This document shows, in pieces, positions 27,421-36,682 of a DNA stretch of 56,101 nt. A program made the translations under genes and the position numbers. Where the stretch lies: positions 1 to 56,101 of the forward strand of contig CALEWH010000003.1 of the NCBI GenBank assembly GCA_937925475.1. Reading direction: 5' to 3'. The DNA comes from an uncultured Clostridia bacterium. Its GTDB lineage: Bacteria > Bacillota > Clostridia > Christensenellales > UBA1242. Numbering within the stretch: position 1 is the stretch's first letter; each line of letters opens with the position of its first letter. The notes beneath the pieces are model-generated. The model searched no databases. It was not told the origin of the DNA and saw only the letters and a program-made list of their open reading frames with translations.

Positions 27421-27918
27421 TTAACTATCTCGAGAAACAAATATTTGTCGCTCGATTCGATAGTATTTAAAAGCTTCATCTTCTCCAACAAGGTTAAAAC
27501 CAGCCTTTTCTAACACATGCTGACTTCGAGTATTCTTTGTGATAGTATCTGCGTTTACAGCATTCATACCCAGACAATAAAAAGCATATTTCACTGCTAA
27601 ACACTCCGCTTGCGTTCCATATCCTTTTCCCTTCACGGCGTCATTTTGCATATGGATACTCATCGTGCATTCTTTTTTCATATGATCGATTTGTTTTAAC
27701 TGCAATTCACCAATTACCTTATCCCCCAGCATGATTGCAAATAACATACATGATGAGTTTTGTACTTTCTTATCAAAGTATTGATTTACCGCAGTTTCGT
27801 CATAAACATATGGCTTAAATAAATGCATATCCCTATAAATAGACGGGTCATTCGTCCAATGTTTGTATAGTTTGTGACATAGTTCTCTCGTCATCACCTT
27901 TAAACAAATTGTTTGCAT
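27421..27918 (-). CDS. GNAT-family (RimJ/RimL-like) N-acetyltransferase
   Basis: ...NDAVKGKGYGTQAECLAVKYAF...NTRSQHVLEKAGF. Start set to the ATG at 27918 (SD GAGAGG) instead of the TTG at 27945. Confidence 0.65.
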   Translation of the reverse strand: MQTICLKVMTRELCHKLYKHWTNDPSIYRDMHLFKPYVYDETAVNQYFDKKVQNSSCMLFAIMLGDKVIGELQLKQIDHMKKECTMSIHMQNDAVKGKGYGTQAECLAVKYAFYCLGMNAVNADTITKNTRSQHVLEKAGFNLVGEDEAFKYYRIERQIFVSRDS

Positions 27919-28044
27919 CTTAGACCTCTCAAAATTTCTATTCAACTTTACATATATTTTAGCATACTATACGATATTTTTCAATTAATAGAAAACTTGT
28001 GAAAAATAATGATCTACAAGATAAGACTTATAGACCACTACATT

Positions 28045-28119
28045 TGGTGCGCCTAGAAGGATTCGAACCCTCGCTAATGGTTCCGAAGACCATTGTGCTA
28101 TCCATTACACCATAAGCGC
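28045..28119 (-). tRNA. tRNA-Arg (anticodon UCG), CCA encoded
   Basis: Reverse complement: acceptor GCGCTTA/TAGGCGC (one G-U), anticodon stem ATGGT/ACCAT with loop CTTCGGA, T arm GAGGG-TTCGAAT-CCTTC, discriminator A, then CCA. Confidence 0.85.
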
Positions 28120-28352
28120 ATATCTCTGTTTATTATATATTCTATTGTACATCACTTCAAGACAAACTAATCCATATATAACAACATAAATATTATACAC
28201 CAAAGGAATAACAAATGCACTAAAAATGTTGAGATTTGACAAAGACCAAGACATAATTTTGCAAAAAAAGAATGCAAAACCATTTTGAAAAGTATATTTG
28301 TTGTGCAAAACCTAAAAATATGTTATGATTTTTGCTGGAAACAGGAGAGCGC

Positions 28353-28811
28353 ATGAACAAATATATGCAAATGGCTATTAAAGAAGCCGAGTCTGGCATA
28401 GCCAAAAACGAGGGTGGTCCTTTTGGCAGTGTAATAGTAAAAGACGGTCAAGTGATAAGCAAAGGACACAACCATGTCATAAGCCACAACGACCCTACAT
28501 GTCATGGTGAAATAGACGCCATACGAAAAGCGTGTAAAAAACTTGGCACATTTGATTTGAGCGGTTGTGAAATATACACAACAGGAGAACCTTGTACAAT
28601 GTGTGCGTGTGCCATAATGTGGGCAAACATCGACAAAGTTTACTATGGCGCAACAATCAAAGACAACACCCAAATTGGTTTTCGTGACGAAAAGTTTGCA
28701 AAGATTTTTAAGATGACAAAACCCGTCGGAATGTACCAACAAATAGACCGCAACGAGTGTCTAAAACTGTTTGAAAAATACAACTTGCTTAAAAACAAAA
28801 CCAACTATTAG
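28353..28811 (+). CDS. guaD: Guanine deaminase (CDA-fold, B. subtilis GuaD-like)
   Basis: GGPFGSVIVKDG, DPTCHGEIDAIRKACK, EPCTMCACAIMWA and GFRDEKF are collinear with B. subtilis GuaD as I recall it. ATG at 28353 with SD AGGAGA. Confidence 0.75.
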   Translation: MNKYMQMAIKEAESGIAKNEGGPFGSVIVKDGQVISKGHNHVISHNDPTCHGEIDAIRKACKKLGTFDLSGCEIYTTGEPCTMCACAIMWANIDKVYYGATIKDNTQIGFRDEKFAKIFKMTKPVGMYQQIDRNECLKLFEKYNLLKNKTNY

Positions 28812-28865
28812 TAAAAACATACAATAATGTTTTTAAAAAGGTCACACTTGTGATAAGATAAAAAT

Positions 28866-29504
28866 ATGGAAAATCAATACAAAAAAACTGTTTTTACAAG
28901 GCCAAAATTTCCACTTGGTGACATTCTATCATGGATTGCCATAATATTTCTTATTTATGTAGGGATAGTTTTTTTTGCGTTTTCGCGATATTTTGAAGCG
29001 ATATCGGTTAAGGGCAGAAGCATGATCCCCACCTACAACAAAAACGGTGGCGAAGACACTGTATATGTACACAAAGCCAACTACGCATATGGCGACATAG
29101 TGCTTATCGACACCGAAGACAAAACCATAATCAAACGCATTATTGCCATGCCCGGTGACAAGGTCGAATTAAAACTACAAGACGGAGAATACACAGTTTT
29201 TGTAAACGGCGAAGCGCTAACTGAGCCTTACATCAACGGTCCAAGCGGAAACCGCACAACTTTCCAAAACCTTATCCACTACAAATCTATGCACCCTGGT
29301 GAGTTTGACGAAAACTCATATGTAGTAGGTGAAAATATGATATTTGCACTTGGTGACAATCGTGCCGAGAGCAAAGACTCGTCATACTATGGTGCGTTTT
29401 CACTAGACAAAGTCAAAGGCAAGGTTTTTTATAGCGTTGACAGTCACTCAAACACCACTTTGTCGCTATTTATCCAATTATTTTTACCAATATTATGCAA
29501 ATAA
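28866..29504 (+). CDS. lepB: Signal peptidase I
   Basis: N-terminal TM segment, catalytic Ser box GRSMIPT, Lys box IKRIIAMPGD, GDNRAESKDS box. Confidence 0.9.
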   Translation: MENQYKKTVFTRPKFPLGDILSWIAIIFLIYVGIVFFAFSRYFEAISVKGRSMIPTYNKNGGEDTVYVHKANYAYGDIVLIDTEDKTIIKRIIAMPGDKVELKLQDGEYTVFVNGEALTEPYINGPSGNRTTFQNLIHYKSMHPGEFDENSYVVGENMIFALGDNRAESKDSSYYGAFSLDKVKGKVFYSVDSHSNTTLSLFIQLFLPILCK

Positions 29505-29635
29505 AACGGCTACAAATAGTCGTTTTTTATTTTACAAATTTTGACAGCAAGCCAAACAAAACGATTAGGTCTTGTAAATTGTCGGAAATTGTAGTATACT
29601 TATAGCATAACAAAACATTGTTTGAAGGAGAAAGT

Positions 29636-30838
29636 ATGGACAGAATCCAACGCATATACTATGACTATGTTGATGGTTTGATCACCAAAGCCGAAATCCC
29701 CGAAGAAGCCAAAAAGTACCAACTTGAAATGGACAAGTGGTACAAAAAGTTTGTCGAGTTGAAGATAAACATACAAGGGCTTGAATACACATTGAAAAAT
29801 GGAAAGGTCGACATAAACGGCCGAACTTACGAACTTCGCAATGGTGTCGTAAATATCAATGGATCCGAGTTTACTCCTACAAGCAACAACATAAAATACA
29901 GCGACTTGCCAGAAGGCGCAAAACACAAAGTCAATATGATGGTTGCGCGCGCAAACCTATACAAAGAGAGCAAAAACTTGTCACGAGTGATTTCAGCATA
30001 TGCCATACTTACAAACTCACTATATCCCCCATACGAAGAGATATATGATGATTGCTTTTATGCCGAGTCAGACAAAAACACTCGTATCGGAACATTTGCT
30101 GGGCTAGTAAAGAAAAAATTTGACGACAAACTTGACATAGACTTTGGTCACGGCTCACTAAACACATATGGGCTAAAAACCTTAATCGATTACAAACGAA
30201 TGATAATAAACGATATGGACAGCAATGAGTTGTTTGACAAATCAGTATCCGAATATGCTTCATTTCCCAATCAACAAGCCCGTCTAGAATCCATGGCCTT
30301 TAACAGCCAAATGCTAGAAGAGAGCATTAGAAGATGTGCACGCAAGTTGGATTGTAATCCCGACCTTATCGGCAAACACTCCAATCAAATAAGCGAAGAC
30401 TCTGCCACAAAATATTTGCTTCAAATCGAACAACTTGGTTTGTCGCCTGACTTTGTAAAACAATGCACCAAAAACGCAATTGAATATCTAACAGGAAGCG
30501 AAAGTGAAATAGCCAATTCTGAAAACATCACACACAAAGTAGTTTTGCCAGAGCCAAATATGGACGAATACGAAACTTACTTTGACGAAAACGACTACCC
30601 TTTGCGCAAAAATTCGAGCGGAAACTGGGAATATTGTGCAGATGGCAGAAGATATTATGGCGTAGTATACAGCGAAGACCATTGTCCCGTAATGGATCCT
30701 ATCGAAGAATACAAATACTACAAACAAAGCCTTCCACCAAAAGTTACAAAATCCGTTTGGTCACCAAAAGGTGATGATGACGAAAGACAAAGACAAATGC
30801 TTCCTAAGAAAAGTCGCGGTGAAGAAAACACAAGATAG
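29636..30838 (+). CDS. Hypothetical protein (400 aa) with no domain I recognise
   Basis: Long ORF with the ATG at 29636 preceded by GAAGGAGA. Upstream TTGTAA-17-TATACT promoter and downstream terminator at 30929-30957. Confidence 0.6.
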   Translation: MDRIQRIYYDYVDGLITKAEIPEEAKKYQLEMDKWYKKFVELKINIQGLEYTLKNGKVDINGRTYELRNGVVNINGSEFTPTSNNIKYSDLPEGAKHKVNMMVARANLYKESKNLSRVISAYAILTNSLYPPYEEIYDDCFYAESDKNTRIGTFAGLVKKKFDDKLDIDFGHGSLNTYGLKTLIDYKRMIINDMDSNELFDKSVSEYASFPNQQARLESMAFNSQMLEESIRRCARKLDCNPDLIGKHSNQISEDSATKYLLQIEQLGLSPDFVKQCTKNAIEYLTGSESEIANSENITHKVVLPEPNMDEYETYFDENDYPLRKNSSGNWEYCADGRRYYGVVYSEDHCPVMDPIEEYKYYKQSLPPKVTKSVWSPKGDDDERQRQMLPKKSRGEENTR

Positions 30839-30988
30839 TTTGTAACAACTCAAAATAAGGTTAAAATAGTATAATAAGGTTTTATAAAAAATATAAGATT
30901 CCAAATAAAAACAAATTAGATTAAAACAAAAAAGACCAAATAATTTGGTCTTTTTTTACGCTTAAACATATTATTTTTTATATTATTC

Positions 30989-31303
30989 TTATTTTGAAAT
31001 ATCGTCTTCTACATCGTCAGATGTTTTTGTTTCGTCAATAGTAGGTGCTTGATTTACAATGCTTCCTTTGCTTGTGTCATGATGTGACATTATCAAAGGC
31101 ACGCTTATACATAGCACCGCAATAATTATCACCATACAACTTGCAAGCACTGCAAACCACCTATGGCTTTTTGAATACTTTTCGTTTATGATAGTTACGC
31201 GTTTTTTAGAAGTAACTTCTTGGTTTTTGATATCGGGCAAAATATTAGGAGTCATACTATCGACTTCGGCTTTCAACATTTTAAGCAGTTTTTTATCTTT
31301 CAA
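30989..31303 (-). CDS. Putative anti-sigma factor (single-pass membrane protein)
   Basis: 104 aa with one TM segment (WFAVLASCMVIIIAVLCISVPLIM). Overlaps the 3' end of the ECF sigma gene by 11 nt. Confidence 0.5.
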   Translation of the reverse strand: MKDKKLLKMLKAEVDSMTPNILPDIKNQEVTSKKRVTIINEKYSKSHRWFAVLASCMVIIIAVLCISVPLIMSHHDTSKGSIVNQAPTIDETKTSDDVEDDISK

Positions 31304-31817
31304 AATCCCCTCCCATATTTTTCTTCAACTTTTCAAGTGCATTTCGATACGACCATAGCACTGTTCCAAGAGGTTTTTCTAATATCTCGGCGATTTCGCG
31401 GTGTTTGTATCCGCTCACGCAATACAACAACACTATGCTTAGTTCGTCTGGGCTGAGTATTTGCTTTGCAATTTTGAATATTGGCACTTGCAAATCCCTT
31501 GTTTCACTCTCAAACGGGGTTACATCAAAATCGGTCGCAACTTCGCGAACACGCTTTTTGTTTTCATTGATGCTAAGGTTTCGTGTGATTGTAAGTATCC
31601 ACGCATATGCATTTGTGTCTGGTCTATAAAGATGTATTTTCTCTTTGATTTTCAAGTATGTTTGTTGGGTCAAATCGCACGCTTCTTCATAGTTTTGCAC
31701 AACACTTAGAGATACTGAAAAAACACTCTTATGCGTAAGACGATAGATCGTGTCTAGTGCATCTAAGTCGTTTTTTTGCAAAGATAGTAGTGCTTTGTTT
31801 AACGCCCTTTTATCCAT
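31293..31817 (-). CDS. ECF-type sigma-70 family RNA polymerase sigma factor
   Basis: Region 2 (...DLTQQTYLKIKEKIHLYRPDTNAYAWILTITRN) and region 4 HTH (GYKHREIAEILEKPLGTVLWSYRNALEKLKK). Confidence 0.85.
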   Translation of the reverse strand: MDKRALNKALLSLQKNDLDALDTIYRLTHKSVFSVSLSVVQNYEEACDLTQQTYLKIKEKIHLYRPDTNAYAWILTITRNLSINENKKRVREVATDFDVTPFESETRDLQVPIFKIAKQILSPDELSIVLLYCVSGYKHREIAEILEKPLGTVLWSYRNALEKLKKNMGGDFER

Positions 31818-32051
31818 AGTATCTCCTTTGTACTACTATAATAGCACATCTTAGACACCGATTTCAAGGCTTTTACTATCTTTACTATTACAACAATTTT
31901 ATTTACACTTTTATTGGGTTGTTTTTAATTATTTTGAAAAAATTTTTAAGGTCTATTTTGTAAAATTTGTGATTTTATGAGTCCCTAATATTATTGGAAA
32001 ACAAGGAGTTTTGTGTTATACTATTATTATAAGGTATATTGGGAGGATAAA

Positions 32052-32582
32052 ATGACAAGATTTAATATCAAGAGTTTTATTGGTGACGAAGAATTGCACG
32101 ACATTATCGAACTTGACAAGCAAAATTTTAGTGGTGAAAACTTTACTAGTTTTGAAATATGTAAAGAGTGGATTGATGTCAATCCCTTTATATGTACTTG
32201 CGCATATGACCGCGACAAACTTGGCGGATATATCGCTTTTATGCCTATCACCAAAGAGTGTTATTTGCGCCACATAAACGGCGAGATGAAAGACTGCGAA
32301 ATAAGGGGCGAAGATGTGCTTCCTTTTGTAAAGGGTGCTGAGCATTATTGCCTAATAGTTTCGCTGGTTGTCGCAAAAGAGTATCGCGACGGCGACCTTC
32401 TTGTGTCACTTCTAAATAGTTTTTACAAACGCGTCAAAGACTACGAAAGAAATGGCGTCAAAATAAAAACCGTTATTGCCGACTGCGTAAATCCACGCGT
32501 CGAAGAGTTTGCCAAAAACAGCGGTTTTAAGTGCGTGATCAAAAACAAACATTGCAAAATTTACGAAGGAAACATTGTTTAG
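32052..32582 (+). CDS. GNAT-like acetyltransferase (tentative)
   Basis: 176 aa. ...LIVSLVVAKEYRDGDLLVSLLNSF...EEFAKNSGF has a GNAT-like layout. ATG at 32052 after GGGAGGA. Confidence 0.45.
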   Translation: MTRFNIKSFIGDEELHDIIELDKQNFSGENFTSFEICKEWIDVNPFICTCAYDRDKLGGYIAFMPITKECYLRHINGEMKDCEIRGEDVLPFVKGAEHYCLIVSLVVAKEYRDGDLLVSLLNSFYKRVKDYERNGVKIKTVIADCVNPRVEEFAKNSGFKCVIKNKHCKIYEGNIV

Positions 32583-32692
32583 TAGATCGAGTTTATCAAA
32601 ACAATGCTTGTTTTCACACAATGTATACAACATTTTAGTATTGACAAACATATATTTTTGTTGTAAAATGTTGTTGATTTAGGAGGAGTGTT

Positions 32693-32899
32693 ATGTCAAA
32701 ACGAATTATCAACATTGTCGTAATTATGTTAATTAGTTTTTTTGTTGTGTTCTTTGGACTTAAAATCGGATATGACACTTCGGTTATTGACAAAGCGGAC
32801 AGCGATTACAACAATGACTATAAAGACAAATATGAGTCATCTTTTAGTGCGACCACTGATTATAAATATTACAATCTTGACAATGTAAAATTTTTATAA
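32693..32899 (+). CDS. Small single-pass membrane protein
   Basis: 68 aa. AGGAGGAG SD, TTGACA-17-TAAAAT promoter (32641-32669), terminator at 32909-32940. Confidence 0.55.
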   Translation: MSKRIINIVVIMLISFFVVFFGLKIGYDTSVIDKADSDYNNDYKDKYESSFSATTDYKYYNLDNVKFL

Positions 32900-33044
32900 A
32901 AATCATATAAAAAAGACAACTGAAAAGTTGTCTTTTTTTGTTTCTCTTTTTCATTTTTCTTTTTATTGTTTCTTATCTCGATTGTTATTTTCTTATCTCC
33001 ATATTTTAATATTGTGTTTTATCCAACTCTACAATCCTAAAAAG

Positions 33045-33662
33045 TTATTTCTTTTTGGATTGTTTTTTGGTCTTTTTTCCACCACAACCACAGTCTTTTT
33101 TGTCTTTCTCACAGTCGCAGTTGTCATCGCAGTGGCACTCGCCACCGCAAGTACACTCTTTGCCTTCTTGACAACCACAAGTGCAGTCTGGTGAGCAGTT
33201 ACATTTGCTGTCATTACAACCACAATCATCTCCGCAAGTGCAGTCCTTGCCGTCAGCACAGCCACAATCGCACTCATCGTCACTACTAAAATAGTGCTTT
33301 TTTAAAGCTTTTTTAAGACTCTTGAAATACAATTTTTGGGCTTTTTCTAGTTGTTCGACAATATATGGATTGTGACAACCTAAAAAGCTTGTAAGTATGC
33401 GACCGTCATTGCTTAGCATAATGTTGATGCAAGTACAACAATTTTCATTTAAAAGCAAGTCTTTATTGTTTTTAATTATTGCTACATTAAGGTCGTTTTC
33501 AGTATCAAAAACAGCGTCACCGCAGTGGCAATCATCGTCGCAAGTGCAGTCTTTACCATCGGCACAACCGCAATCACAATCTTCGTCGCAGTGGCAGTCT
33601 TTTTCTTCACAACCACAGTCACAAGTATTATCTTTTACTTTTTTATCTTTATCTTTTTTCAT
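33045..33662 (-). CDS. Cys/Asp-rich, metallothionein-like repeat protein with a unique central domain
   Basis: 205 aa with about 36 Cys by hand count. The motif CDCGCADGKDCTC(D/G)DDC occurs in both the N- and C-terminal arrays. GGAGGA SD. Sits directly downstream of ychF. Confidence 0.7.
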   Translation of the reverse strand: MKKDKDKKVKDNTCDCGCEEKDCHCDEDCDCGCADGKDCTCDDDCHCGDAVFDTENDLNVAIIKNNKDLLLNENCCTCINIMLSNDGRILTSFLGCHNPYIVEQLEKAQKLYFKSLKKALKKHYFSSDDECDCGCADGKDCTCGDDCGCNDSKCNCSPDCTCGCQEGKECTCGGECHCDDNCDCEKDKKDCGCGGKKTKKQSKKK

Positions 33663-33671
33663 AATTTCCTC

Positions 33672-34769
33672 CTAAACATTAAATCTAAACAACATTACAT
33701 CGCCGTCATTAACTACATAGTCTTTGCCTTCTATGCGGACTTTGCCGTGTTCTTTGGCAGAAAGCATACTTCCTTCTTTTACAAGTTCGTCATATGACAC
33801 AACTTCGGCTTTTATAAAACCTTTTTCAAAGTCAGTGTGGATTTTGCCCGCCGCTTGTGGAGCTTTTGTTCCTTTCTTAATTGTCCACGCACGCACTTCT
33901 GGTTCGCCCGCTGTAAGATAACTTATTAGTCCAAGCAAAGCATAACTAGCTACAATTAGTTTGTTTAATCCAAGATTTGTTATTCCTAATTCTTGCTTAA
34001 ATATTTCCACTTCTTCGTCAGTAAGTTGGCTCAACTCTTCTTCAAGTTTTGCACTAATAACTACTACTTGACTATTTTCTTTTTGGGCATAGTTTTTAAC
34101 TTTGGCTACATTAATTATGTCGTCTTCTTTTAGTCCTTGTTGAACTTCGGAGATGTTTGCACAATAAATAACTGGCTTGCTGGTGATTAGGAAAAATCCT
34201 TTTATCATTTCACTTTCTTCGGGAGTCGCATCATAACTTCTTACAGCCTTGCCACTTTCCAAAAGTGCTTTTAGTTTTAACAATAATTCTTTCTCAGCCA
34301 CAGCGCTCTTGTCACCAGCTTTTACTCCACGCTCTACTCTTTCAAGGCGTTTTGTCACGCTTTCAAGGTCGGACAAAACAAGTTCGAGATTGATCTCTTC
34401 GATATCGCGTATCGGATCAATGTCACCGTCAACATGAATGATTTTGCTGTTTTCAAAACATCTAACCACATGTATGATTGCGTCCACTTCTCTTATGTGA
34501 CTCAAAAACTTGTTTCCAAGTCCTTCACCTTTCGACGCACCTTTTACAAGTCCCGCAATATCCACAAATTCAATGGTGGCGGGGGTTATCTTTTTTGTGT
34601 GATACATATCAGCAAGCACTTTCAATCTATCATCTGGCACCATAACCACACCAGTGTTTGGCTCTATTGTGCAAAATGGATAGTTTTCGCTTGGTATATG
34701 ATTTTTTGTTATCGCATTAAAGAGCGTGCTCTTTCCGACATTTGGTAGTCCTACAATTCCTAGTTTCAT
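33672..34769 (-). CDS. ychF: Ribosome-binding ATPase YchF
   Basis: MKLGIVGLPNVGKSTLFNA P-loop, TGS-type C-terminus ...GKDYVVNDGDVMLFRFNV. Start set to the ATG at 34769. Confidence 0.95.
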   Translation of the reverse strand: MKLGIVGLPNVGKSTLFNAITKNHIPSENYPFCTIEPNTGVVMVPDDRLKVLADMYHTKKITPATIEFVDIAGLVKGASKGEGLGNKFLSHIREVDAIIHVVRCFENSKIIHVDGDIDPIRDIEEINLELVLSDLESVTKRLERVERGVKAGDKSAVAEKELLLKLKALLESGKAVRSYDATPEESEMIKGFFLITSKPVIYCANISEVQQGLKEDDIINVAKVKNYAQKENSQVVVISAKLEEELSQLTDEEVEIFKQELGITNLGLNKLIVASYALLGLISYLTAGEPEVRAWTIKKGTKAPQAAGKIHTDFEKGFIKAEVVSYDELVKEGSMLSAKEHGKVRIEGKDYVVNDGDVMLFRFNV

Positions 34770-34884
34770 AATTTTTTCCTTTTTTGTCACCATATTATAC
34801 TACACAAAGTTGTTTTGTAAAAGTATTTTTTAAAGTATATTTGACTATATTTATTAATAACATAGTATAAAAAAGAGTGTAACA

Positions 34885-35844
34885 ATGTTGTTTTTATTTA
34901 TAATAACTATATCTATCGTGCAAGGCATAACTGAGTTTTTGCCCATTAGTAGTAGCGGTCATCTGATACTTGTCTACAATCTTTTTGGCGTAAAAGACGA
35001 AACTCTACTACTAAGTATCATACTACATCTTGCCACACTTGTGTCTGTCATCATTTACTATCGCAAAGACATATGGGCACTTATCACTCACCCACTATGC
35101 AAAACAAACAAACTCTTAGTTGTAGCCACAATCCCCACAATCATTTTTGTGTTGATTTTTAAAAAACTGCTCGACAATTCATTTGGTGGCGACTACATTA
35201 TCTATGGGTTTATAATAACAGCACTTATACTTGCAATAGCCGACTATTTGTCAGAAAGTGGCAACAAAAAGACAAAAAGTGGGCGATATATTACAGAAAC
35301 ATCGCTTTTAGTAAATTTGCCAGACAGTGACAAAAATATAAAATCTCGACAAAATAACACTTCTTATGAAAGACTAAAACAAACCGATATTGAGCCATCA
35401 AGACACAATGTGAGTCTAAACAAAAAAGTCAAAAATGAAAATCCCATTCTTGACCTGCCTTTAACATATGGCAAAAGTATTATTCTAGGGATAGTGCAAG
35501 GATTTGCATGTTTTCCAGCAATCAGCCGAAGCGGAAGCACTATCTCCGCAGGGTTAATGATGAAACTCGACAAAGAGACCGCAACAAAGTTTTCTTTTCT
35601 AATGAGCATTCCTATAATAATCGCGTCCCTTGTATATGAGATTGTTTTTGATAAAAGTCAGCCTATAAGTATGCCAGCAATATATATTATACTTGCATTT
35701 GTCATAACAAGCATTGTTGGATATTTTAGCATACTTTTTGTAAGTGAAATGGTCAAAAACAGCAAACTCTCATATTTCTCATACTATCTACTCGCCCTTG
35801 TATTTATAATTCTCACAGCAAAGTTTTTTATTAGATTTGCCTGA
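34885..35844 (+). CDS. uppP: Undecaprenyl-diphosphate phosphatase (UppP/BacA) with an enlarged hydrophilic loop
   Basis: ITEFLPISSSGHL and PAISRSGSTIS motifs. 319 aa, against about 270-280 aa as I recall for typical UppP. Confidence 0.85.
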   Translation: MLFLFIITISIVQGITEFLPISSSGHLILVYNLFGVKDETLLLSIILHLATLVSVIIYYRKDIWALITHPLCKTNKLLVVATIPTIIFVLIFKKLLDNSFGGDYIIYGFIITALILAIADYLSESGNKKTKSGRYITETSLLVNLPDSDKNIKSRQNNTSYERLKQTDIEPSRHNVSLNKKVKNENPILDLPLTYGKSIILGIVQGFACFPAISRSGSTISAGLMMKLDKETATKFSFLMSIPIIIASLVYEIVFDKSQPISMPAIYIILAFVITSIVGYFSILFVSEMVKNSKLSYFSYYLLALVFIILTAKFFIRFA

Positions 35845-35923
35845 ATCACTAAAAAAGAACTCTATTTGAGTTCTTTTTGTTTTTGTATTTTCATTGTGAA
35901 TATCATTGCAGTATTTGGTCTAA

Positions 35924-36385
35924 TCACATCTCTATTACATCGTCATCGGACTTGTCTGCCGATTTTGTCTTGCGCGGATTGCTTTGAGCATATTTATATG
36001 CTTTATATTCGTTTACACTATGATAATGTGAAGAGTGCTCAAATCCTGTCATATATCCTTCATCGTAAAACATTTGCTCGCTCATTGGATCAAAGCCATA
36101 CATTTGTTCGTTGATAAAACGGTCATTTAGATGATTGTTGATATATGTGCCCGACCAAATTCGCTTAACTACGGGAGAAGGGACATGTTCGTCTTTGACA
36201 TAGTCGTTGCACATTATGTACTCTTTTATTTTTGCCAAAAGCCCTTTCTTTTTGCTTTTCTTTGTCGCTTTTTTGTCGTCTACTTTTTCTTCAACTAGTT
36301 TTGCTTTGTCTTGGGTTTTTTGAGAGTCCATATATGCTTTTATTTCGTCTGCTTTACTTGATTGTTTGCGACTATTTTTTCTCAT
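35924..36385 (-). CDS. Hypothetical protein with Lys-rich N-terminus
   Basis: 153-aa ORF. GAGGAGGGA SD. Terminator 35852-35880 shared with uppP. Confidence 0.5.
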   Translation of the reverse strand: MRKNSRKQSSKADEIKAYMDSQKTQDKAKLVEEKVDDKKATKKSKKKGLLAKIKEYIMCNDYVKDEHVPSPVVKRIWSGTYINNHLNDRFINEQMYGFDPMSEQMFYDEGYMTGFEHSSHYHSVNEYKAYKYAQSNPRKTKSADKSDDDVIEM

Positions 36386-36682
36386 ATTCCCTCCTCAAAA
36401 ACCACTTAGTAAGTATATTTTAATTGCAAAACTCTTAGGTGTCAATACCTTTTTAAAAATATATTTTAAAAATTATTAATAAATAACTATTTTTGACAAA
36501 TTTCTTTATTTGCAAGAAAAAAATTGGCATCTATTTTTACAAATTGTCGAAAATTAATAAGAAATATACATATTACATATTCTCTATTATATATGAAATA
36601 AAATGAAAATCGTTTTACTTTTTTGCTAGTTTTATTTATAATAAATTATCAAAAACTATATATGTTTGTAAGGATTTGATAA

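Noticed and set aside
27148-28352. Integrated mobile element at the tRNA-Gly / tRNA-Arg pair
   Set aside because: There is no integrase or recombinase. I saw no direct repeat of a tRNA 3' end. The only cargo between the tRNAs is an ordinary GNAT gene.
28105-28742. Minus-strand ORFs overlapping the tRNA-Arg flank and guaD
   Set aside because: They overlap a well-supported guanine deaminase gene and a tRNA, have no SD, and have implausible composition.
32928-33797. ORFs overlapping the Cys-rich gene, either antisense or on the same strand in another frame (e.g. 32928-33194, 33029-33283, 33397-33675, 33525-33797)
   Set aside because: They are alternative-frame or mirror-image readings of the repetitive TGC/GAC-rich sequence. 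Only the 33045-33662 minus-strand frame has an SD and a coherent CxC repeat architecture.
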